Shown in pieces: positions 55,101 through 64,000 of a stretch of DNA of 64,000 nt. Numbering within the stretch: the stretch's first letter is position 1; every line of letters begins with the position of its first letter. A program made the position numbers and the translations under genes. The stretch is from Chrysomallon squamiferum. Lineage: Eukaryota > Animalia > Mollusca. The notes beneath the pieces were generated by a model that saw only the letters and a list, made by a program, of their open reading frames with translations, was not told where the DNA came from and made no database searches. The stretch spans positions 3,472,001 to 3,536,000 of the forward strand of contig CM022677.1 of the NCBI GenBank assembly GCA_012295275.1, written 5' to 3'.

Positions 55101-56029
55101 GTTAAATATTCCTTAATTTATTTAACTATTTATTATTACTGTTTTATTTTTTTTTTTTTTTTTTCACAGGCTGACAGTCATCATCCAACATTAATTCGAC
55201 TTTTATGTGAAGAACTGAAAGTGAATCCTGAACAAATTTTGAGACTTTGTGTGGTAGATACCCAACCAGCTGTGTGTATTTTTTAATTCCATTTCTCATT
55301 AAACAATCAGCCTACCCTAGTATAAAAAGTCTAAATACATTATGTATGTTTCCAAATGATTCTTTCATTTGTTACCTGAGGACAACCTTAACTGATAATT
55401 AAGCATGACAATGAAAAAGTAATTCAAACAGGATCTCATTATTCTTTTTTTTTCTTGACCTTATTTCCTGCACACAAATGTAGGAAAAAAAAAAAAAAAA
55501 AAAAAAATCCTGATAAACCAAAAAAAAAAAAAAAAAAAAAATAAAAAATTCCTAATGTCTGTATGGTAAGAAGTAAGTGTTTCAGTCATTCTTGTTATAA
55601 TAAATGATAAAAACCTCACAAGTGATTGGTTAAGCCATTCTGATAAAAATAATTTATGATAATTAGCTCCCATCACGTGATTGACTCAGCTCTTCTAATT
55701 ATAATAATTTATGATAATTATCTGGCAGGTGATTGGTGGAGCCCTCCAAGAGTTTATCTTTTCTCCCCGCCTCGACAACTTGATGAATGCATATACTGCT
55801 TCCATTGCACTCATTGAATCCTGTGATAAGAACACCCTGTCGAATGACACCAATGTCAGAATGTCAGCTTGTTCGATAATGAAGAGGTAATGTTAATATT
55901 TTGAATACTTACTGAAATTTTTGTAGTGATAATTCTTGTTAAATAGTTTTATGCTGATTATTATTTTTTTATAGACTGCTGTTTTTTTATAATACACATT
56001 ATAGTTTACTTAGCTTAACATGTTATGTA

Positions 56030-56330
56030 TGTGTGTATAAATAGATGTGTATGTATAGATACACAGACACACATATACATAAAATAATAAGTAAACTGTA
56101 TATATATATATATTTCTTTGTTTATGTGTGTGTGTATAAATAGACGTGTATGTATAGATACACAGACACACATATACATAAAATAATAAGTAAACTGTAT
56201 ATATATATATATTTCTTTGTTTATGTGTGTGTGTATAAATAGATGTGTATGTATAGATACACAGACACACATATACATAAAATAATAAGTAAACTGTATA
56301 TATATATATATTTCTTTGTTTATGTGTGTG
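56030..56330. repeat. 99-bp tandem repeat x3 in a DNPEP intron
   Basis: ATAGATGTGTATGTATAGATACACAGACACACATATACATAAAATAATAAGTAAACTG... at 56041, 56140 and 56239. Confidence 0.92.
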
Positions 56331-58036
56331 TGTGTGTGTGTGTTTTATCTTTATTTTTTTTAATATTACAGTTCAGCTTAATTAAGATTTGTACCCTGAC
56401 TGTTCCAATTTACCTAAACTAGTATTAACATACTGATTATAGCAGTTTAGTTAGACTAGTATAATTTATACTGACTGAAACTGATTACCTAACCTAGTAC
56501 AGTTTATACTATAACAGTTTAATAGACTAGTAATTTTTTAATACCACTTATCTGTTCTAGTACTTTTTTTTTTAGTCACATTAAGACAAGTTGGTGTTTT
56601 TCACTTTTACAGGTTGGCTCCTCCAGAGCCCAAGGAGCGGGTTCCACATTTCAGGAGCTGGTGTTAAGGAGAATCAGCGCAAGTCCAACCAACCACACAG
56701 CATTTGAAGAATCGATTGGTGGCTCCTACATGATCAGTGCCGATCAGGCCCACGCAGTCCATCCTAACTACTCGTGAGTCAGTGTTTTGTACGTTTTTAT
56801 ACAAACTTGTGAGTGTTTTGTAACAAGAGAGTTTCAGTTAACTGCTTCTGAGTCAGTGTTTTGTACGTTTTTATACAAACTTGTGAGTGTTTTGTAACAA
56901 GAGAGTTTCAGTTAACCAGAGCACTAGGTGTTAAAATAACAGACTGGATAATTATAATGATTAAATACACATTTTCAGAGTTTTAGGTAACTGTTTTTCA
57001 TAATGTCAATTTTGGTTAATCAGAATACCAGTATTAAAATACTAGATTGGCTAATTGTAGTGGCTGGAAAAAAAAAAACTAGACTAGACTAGGTAACATT
57101 AATAGTCAGTACAAAAATACAAGACTATGTAGCATTAATAATTAGTACAAACATATTAGCAAGCTATGATAAGAAATAGCTTTCTATAACAGTAATACAA
57201 ATATACTGGGCATTTTGTGTTCTAGATGAACTTTTGGAATTTTTTGTGGTGTTTCAGACATAATATTGGTTTCATGGGAAAATGGGATTAAAGGATTTCT
57301 TGTTGCTGATAGATTACTGTGGCTTTTCGAGTTACACTAACAAAAGTTGTACATCATCTACTAACTGTTGACAATTAAATATTTTGAGGTGCTGTTCATT
57401 TTAGTCTGTGTTTATTCTGACCTTGAATGAAAGGATAATTTATGTTAATAATGTTAACTGCATGTAATCTTTTATTATTTTTTTTATTATTTAAAAAAAT
57501 GGTAAACTAAGGAACAGAAATTTATATCTAAGATCATTTGAATTTTTTCTCTTTCAGAGAAAAACACGAATCTAATCATCAGCCTGCCTTTCACAAGGTA
57601 CATTTTTCTACTTGTGGTTAAGAAAATTCAGTGTATTTAAACAGAACCTCTCTTTGCTAGACTCCTGTTATTAAACTGAATTTTAGGATGTAAATATCTG
57701 AATGATCATTGAAAATATGTGCGAAAAAATAGACAAAAAACAATCATGTTTTGTTTTCTTCATCTTCACTGTACCTAGCTTCATCTTATTAGACACACTT
57801 AAATAAATATTTTGGGGCTATTTGTGTTTAAAGAATAATTAACATTTGTACAAATTGTTGTTTTTTGTTAACCTGGTTTCCAGTTTTGTGATTCATAAGA
57901 CAGATTTTCTTACCTATTTATTTGTTATTGTTACTGTTGTTGCTAGTATCACTCTTGTAATCAGTATTTTTGTGTTGCTGCTGTTCTTGTCACTGATGTT
58001 ATTGTTAGTATTAATATAACCATTATTATGATTATG

Positions 58037-58087
<51 letters not shown>

Positions 58088-59141
58088 TACTGCTACTAAA
58101 ACAACTACAAATACTACTATTAATATTGTTACTATTGTTACTATTATTACTACAATTACTACTACCATTGTTTCTATTACTACAGTTGCTGTTACTATTG
58201 TTAATGTGTGCAGTAAAAGACTGTATTTAAATGTTACAGGGAATTGTTATCAAAGTGAACTCCAGTCAGCAATATGCTACAACTGCAATCACATCAACAA
58301 TACTGAAAGAGATTGCCAAGAAAGTGGATGCACCATTACAGGTTTGATACTGTCAAATATTTCTGTCAGTGTGTGTATGTATGTGTTATATTTTCAAATA
58401 TCTTATCTCACCATTTCAAAGACAGAAGGTTGTATGAAATTGATATAACTTTAAAAAAAGAAAAAATTATTTTTTGTAGCAGTCCTATTTTGATTGCATT
58501 ATTTTTGGAAGCATGTAGTCACTGTGAAAAAACATTTTCTGTTAGAATGAAGAGTTTGATCTCTTTTAAAGTTTTAAATAAAATGACATTAAAATGAACT
58601 TACATTTGAATCAACTGGAAATAAATTAAATTATTTTTTTAATTCAAAGGTAATTTATGTCAGAAAATAAAATTTATTTATTTTTTGTGTGTGTGGATCT
58701 CACACTTTTTAGGAAAGATCATCAACTTCAAAAAGGATTTCCAAACACTAATGAAATTGTAGTTATTTATCATTCAAAAAAATCAAAATAAACAAAGAAA
58801 CATTATGAAAAAAAAGAGTTATCTTTCTTACGGAGCCAGTAACACTTGATCTGTGCAAGTACAGCTTATTCTTATCACATGAAAAATTTATGAATTATGT
58901 ATTTGAAAAAAAAAAAAAATAACAACATAAAAAGCTTTTATAAATTTTGATAATTTCAGGAGGTGGTGGTGAGGAATGATTCCGCTTGTGGGTCCACTAT
59001 AGGGCCAATCATGTCCTCCAAACTGGGAATGAGGACCATTGATGTGGGAGGAGCCCAGCTGAGCATGCACTCGATTCGAGAGATGTGTTGTACAAGCAGT
59101 GTGCAGCAGGCTATCACTCTCTACAAGGTGACACTGCTTTG

Positions 59142-59622
59142 TAATGTGCCATGGGTTGCTAGATCAATTCTCATCATTGGGTATATTTAGTTATTTCTAA
59201 TGTGCCATGGGTTGCAAGATCAGTTCTCATCATTGGGTATATTTAGTTATTTCTAATGTGCCATGGGTTGATAGATCAGTTCTCATCATTGGGTATATTT
59301 TGTTATTTTTAATGTGCCATGGGTTGATAGATCAATTCTCATCATTGGGTATATCTTGTTATTTCTAATGTGACATGGGTTGATAGATCAATTCTCATCA
59401 TTGGGTATATTTAGTTATTTCTAATGTGCCATGGGTTGATAGATCAATTCTCATCATTGGGTATATTTAGTTATTTCTAATGTGCCATGGGTTGCAAGAT
59501 CAATTCTCATCATTGGGTATATCTTGTTATTTCTAATGTGCCATGGGTTGCAAGATCAATTCTCATCATTGGGTATATCTTGCTATTTTTAATATGACAT
59601 GGGTTGCAAGATTAATTCTCCT
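59142..59622. repeat. 56-bp minisatellite, about 8-9 copies, just 3' of a DNPEP donor
   Basis: TAATGTGCCATGGGTTG(C/A)TAGATCAATTCTCATCATTGGGTATATTTAGTTATTTC in tandem. Confidence 0.95.
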
Positions 59623-61361
59623 CAGTGTACATTAGGTCCATTTGCGATGGGATGCTAGATCAGTTCTCTGTTTTGTTATATACACTGAATTATTTATAAT
59701 GTACCATGGGTTGCAAGATTAGCTCTCCTCAATGCTGTGGTTGAATTGTGAAGAGCTATGTTATTTTTAATTTTTTTATTTTATTGCTGTAAATTGTGTT
59801 TAGAGTATTAAAGTTGAATGTCAGTTTGTGTATGTTAAAAAAAAAAACACACACACACAAAAAAAGCAAGTGTGTGTTAACTCAAATTGCATGTTAAAGC
59901 AGTTACTTCTATTGCACACAATATATTATTTGTATAACCCTTATGTAATACTGTCACAATTTATTTTTATTTTATGAGAATTCAAACATTTATTTTTTAA
60001 TTTCAGGCTTTCTTCGAACTGTATCCAGAGGTTTCTGCATCACTTACTTTTTGATGACATTTTACAGAGACTTAATTAAACTCCACATTATGATGCATAA
60101 ATTCTGAGTTTAAAAATCAAATTCTATACCAGTTTTGTTGATACTTTAACACGATTTATTTTTATTATAATTCTTTAATGTTTTTTCCTCACATATTTTA
60201 TAAATATATATATATATATATATATTCTGTGTGTCCATGTTTGAAATAATATTGTTTTCTACAACTTCTATTATCTGCATAGGTTTTCTTTGTTCAAAGC
60301 TGATGAATTTGAACAAAACACAGATAAACATTGGAAAAAAAAAAAACAGTAATTGAAAAAACCCACAAGAGAAATAAATTATGCACCAAGTTTTAAAAAA
60401 ATAATTCCGTGTGTATTCTAGAAAGCTTTAAGAATAAATTGCCATTAATAATTTTTGTAAATGATACAATGAAAAAAAAAATGAATTTTTTTTTTTTTTT
60501 GTTCATATATTTTAAAATAAAATTCTGCAAGTGAATTTCAGTCAAATGGATTTTTTTTTTTCAATCAGTAAATTATAAAATTTTAAACAAAAAAGACAAA
60601 CCAATATTATGTAATCAAAAATGTTTATTTTTTTGTACTTTATTTTTTTTCATAGCTTTTAATTATTCAATAAACAGAACCACGTCGCAGACATATATTT
60701 TCATAAAATCCTGTAAAATGTGAGTAAAATAATCTAATTTTACTAAAGCACGATTATTCTGTGGACATCATTTTCATTTTGTTTCTACTTTTTATATGAT
60801 TTTATTTTCTGGGGCAAAACACAGATAAACACTTCTTTTTAAATTAATAGATGAACTGTACGTGGAACACATTTAAATTGGTTTTTACTTTCAAATACTG
60901 AAATTTCCAGTATTAAGTAAAAATATGCAAACAGACCAGAATGTACAAATAAGTATTAAAAAAGTGCCAGAAAGGACAAGGCTTGTGTGTGAAAATTATC
61001 TCACTCGTCAAACTGAACATGGCTGTGATTCAATGAAAGTCCCATTATTAAGCGATAATTCTTTAGCCATGTTCTTGTTAAAATGGGACCAAATGTAGCA
61101 AAGTCCATAATCACATTATATTTAAAGTAATTTATTGTAGGGTACACATCCCAGAAAGGTCAGATGTATTTTCTCTCAAAGATTCTTTCAACCAAATTTT
61201 GTATGATATTTCATAATTTCTAAATTTTGATTTGATTAAATGCTGATTACTTTCATATAAATAAATGCATGATGTTTTCGTAACATCTTGATCTAAATTT
61301 CCATTTTCTGTGTTTTTTTAAAAAAATAACCTGGATTTGTCACAGTCAAGTAATAAAATAA

Positions 61362-63812
61362 TTATGGTATAAGTCTCTTAGGGTCATGTGGGAACATCGA
61401 CGTTTTTCTGACGTTGTCAAGGCCAAGGTACAACATCGTCACACGTTCCATTCCTGAAACAAAATATAAACAATAAATATAGAAGTAAATATAAAAATAT
61501 GAAAGGCTTATTTATTAGATGTATTTCTTCATTTTCAGAAAAGCTCAGATTATCTGTATATCAATTTTAATCTGTCAGTTTTAGTTTTCAATCCACATGT
61601 TTTGGTTGTATTTTTTGTAATGCTACCTTCCGCTGAAGAAATTGGAAAGTGAAAAATAAAATAAAAATGGTGTTAATTTTAATTGATAATAATTTCCTTT
61701 TCTTTAAATTTTTCATCTGATTTTATCTTTTTTCTAGAGGAATTAATTCTCCTCTGCCATAAAGTATTTTTACAATTCCTTTTACCATTTTAACTGCACA
61801 TTACAAACAAGATTATTTTACATTTGGCAAGTCTGCTATACACAGAGCAATAGAGCCAGACACTTACATGTTCAGATAAAATGTTTTTTTAATACTAGTA
61901 AGATATACTCTGCACTAACTTCACGAGTTAAAAACCTACCAATCCCACCACCAGCATGTGGAGGTGCCCCATACTTGAATGCATCAATGTATCCCTTTAT
62001 CTTCTCTGTATCTGTAAACACATAAAATATTTAATAAACACTTGTTTAACTGCAACAGTTTATAAAACCTCCACTGAGAGGAACTGAACCAGAGTGAGAA
62101 TCTTTTGTTATTAGATGTTGCCTGAAATAGTAGTTTATCCAATCAGTTATATAGCTGTAACAACCATCAAGATCTTTTCATAATTTGAAGGCAAATTTTT
62201 AAATTATCTTTACAGATTTTTTGAAAATGACATACTATTCACACAGATTTTAAACACTATTAATCCAATAGTCAAATCATACACAATTTTCATATTTTGA
62301 TGCAAACTTTGTGTTATTGTTACATATTTTTTATACTTTTAATAAAAATGTCATATTATTCTTACAGATTTTTTGTACATTCAACCTAAACATAATGTTA
62401 TTCTACCAAGTTCAACAACCTTTTTACCTGCCTTTGTATCTGAGAAGTAACCTTTTCAACTTACATTACCCCAGATGCCAAAAATAAAACCATTCTTCTC
62501 AACATCGAAAGCTTTTCCTTAGCCTCAGACAGCAATGGGTACTTCATACCCTGCAGAAACTGGTTAATTAATGACTTACCTATTTCATGAAGTTTGGCTC
62601 TTTCAAGCAGGAATTCTGGATCGTGGATTCTCTGAGCTCCTGACAAAATTTCCTAAACATGTCATAAGAATTGGACCATTTCTAGAATGGGAAAAAAGAT
62701 AATATTAATACAGACTTGCACATATATATTTTGTTAAATGTGTACAATAATTAGCATCCATCAGCTAAAATGAAGATATGCAAGATTTATTTATTTTTCA
62801 AAATTCGTAATATTTTTTTTATTAAACGAGATGCATTTACTCTTTAGCATAAAACACAGCTAGTAATGAAATATCTATAAATATAAATTTGTGAAAAATA
62901 AATATTTCATTCAAGTTATCAATCCGTGCTTCCTTTTTCATTCTTCTGCATATGTTCAAAAAGTTAGTTCAAATGATTATAATGAACAGTTTTTATTTGA
63001 CTTATGAGAAAGTACAGGCGTACTTCATTTTTGGGGTCTGGCATTGTGTAGAATGGACGTACAGACAATGGGAATTTGTCCAGAATGATGAAGTCTGTAT
63101 CATACTGAAAATAAAATAAATAATTGAAAATATTAAATAACAAGTTTGAAATATGAAGTTCAAATAAATCCAGAAACAAAGTAAAAAATTCTATAAATAA
63201 TTTTTAAGACAATAAAAAATAATAAAGACTAATAAAGAGTCTAATATAAAAAAGAATATTATTAAAGTACTCAAAATAAAATAATACATCACTGATATCA
63301 CTAAATAAAAATCTTTAGATATTATGAAAAAAACAAATAGACACCAATAAACATATATGCACATAAAGAGTTAAATATACTAATAAGATGCTTAACTTAA
63401 ACTGTCAATTAAACTATTTTATTTTAAATTGTGAGGATACAAGAACCATAACTCTGACAATATTAATTTTCACTGAGCACAAACATTATTTCAGCTATTG
63501 GAAGTCAAACAATGATAAATATACAAATACAAGATTTATCTCAAACAATACCAAAAAGCATATTGACTGTTAACTAAATTACACTTTAATATGTAATACT
63601 GACCAAATTTAAATTTTTTTATTTTTAAGTTATGAAATTTTCTGATTATTTCTTCAAATTTTTGATGTTAGTAAATTTAAATTTTAAATTTTTCTTTAAC
63701 CTTTGCTTTGACGAGCAGTTTTTCTGCAGGTGTACTCAGGTCATCTCCCTCCTCCATCTCTACCCCTGCCTCTTTTAACATAAGCACACCCTCCCAATAG
63801 TCAAGTCTCAAA
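61362..63812 (-). pseudogene. DARS1: Cytosolic aspartyl-tRNA synthetase, last five exons, frameshifted (5' part likely beyond window)
   Basis: Exons 63701-63812 (LRLDYWEGVLMLKEAGVEMEEGDDLSTPAEKLL---VKAK), 63024-63104 ([24 protein letters not shown]), 62580-62681 (KWSNSYDMF/EILSGAQRIHDP), 61940-62011 ([18 protein letters not shown]) and 61362-61453 ([29 protein letters not shown]). A deletion removes MRG near 62653-62656 and shifts the frame. There is a 3-codon deletion in the first exon shown and PRD>PHD. Confidence 0.93.
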
Positions 63813-64000
63813 CTGAAATAACAAAATACCAGTGTAATGCATTCATGTCATGTGAATACTTCAAAATAATAATAATTTTAATTATCATGCAAACTGTCAT
63901 ACTTTACCATGACAAAAGATTAATGTGAAGTGAAAAAGTAATATGAAAATATACAAAACATATATATATATTTTTTGCTATTCATATAATCTTGAAAAAT

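Larger units (their letters stand above)
50507..60054 (+). pseudogene. DNPEP: Aspartyl aminopeptidase (peptidase M18), complete 14-exon structure but disrupted
   Basis: Exons 50507-50509, 50918-50996, 51542-51630, 52180-52293, 52971-53096, 53968-54092, 54650-54743, 55170-55271, 55729-55886, 56613-56773, 57558-57597, 58240-58341, 58960-59127, 60007-60054. Motifs [66 protein letters not shown]. Lesions: TGA at 54019-54021 (PIL*IP), probable TGA at 54741-54743, 1-nt frameshift near 55864 (158-nt exon between phase-0 introns) and a small in-frame deletion in exon 8. Confidence 0.93.

Noticed and set aside
62461-62579. C-terminal extension of ORF 62461-62646 as coding
   Set aside because: It is read-through past the DARS1 donor at 62579 into the intron.

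Overview
AT-rich, microsatellite-rich animal genomic DNA with GT-AG introns. The repeat style is mollusc/lophotrochozoan-like, but the species cannot be fixed from the sequence. There is a 200-N scaffold gap at 49268-49467. Most entries in the ORF track are simple-repeat artefacts. Reading exons by hand reveals a dense mosaic of genes or gene pieces from unrelated families, nearly all disabled: thrombospondin type-1 repeat exons (-), a Dishevelled/DIX-domain relic (+), an internally deleted CAMSAP/Patronin (-), an intronless CAB39/MO25 with a premature TGA (-), the first three exons of an EGFR/ErbB gene (+, the only lesion-free piece) followed by collagen IV NC1 exons, a full 14-exon aspartyl aminopeptidase DNPEP with nonsense and frameshift lesions (+), and the 3' part of a frameshifted cytosolic aspartyl-tRNA synthetase DARS1 (-). 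These are interleaved with three MULE transposase fragments, a LINE 3' end, a tRNA-derived SINE and about a dozen minisatellite arrays, one of which amplifies the EGFR exon-2 splice donor about ten times. No CRISPR array or prokaryotic system is present. The most notable features are this gene-graveyard architecture and a candidate truncated or chimeric EGFR L1-domain gene. Family assignments come from my recall of motif sequences, not from database searches.
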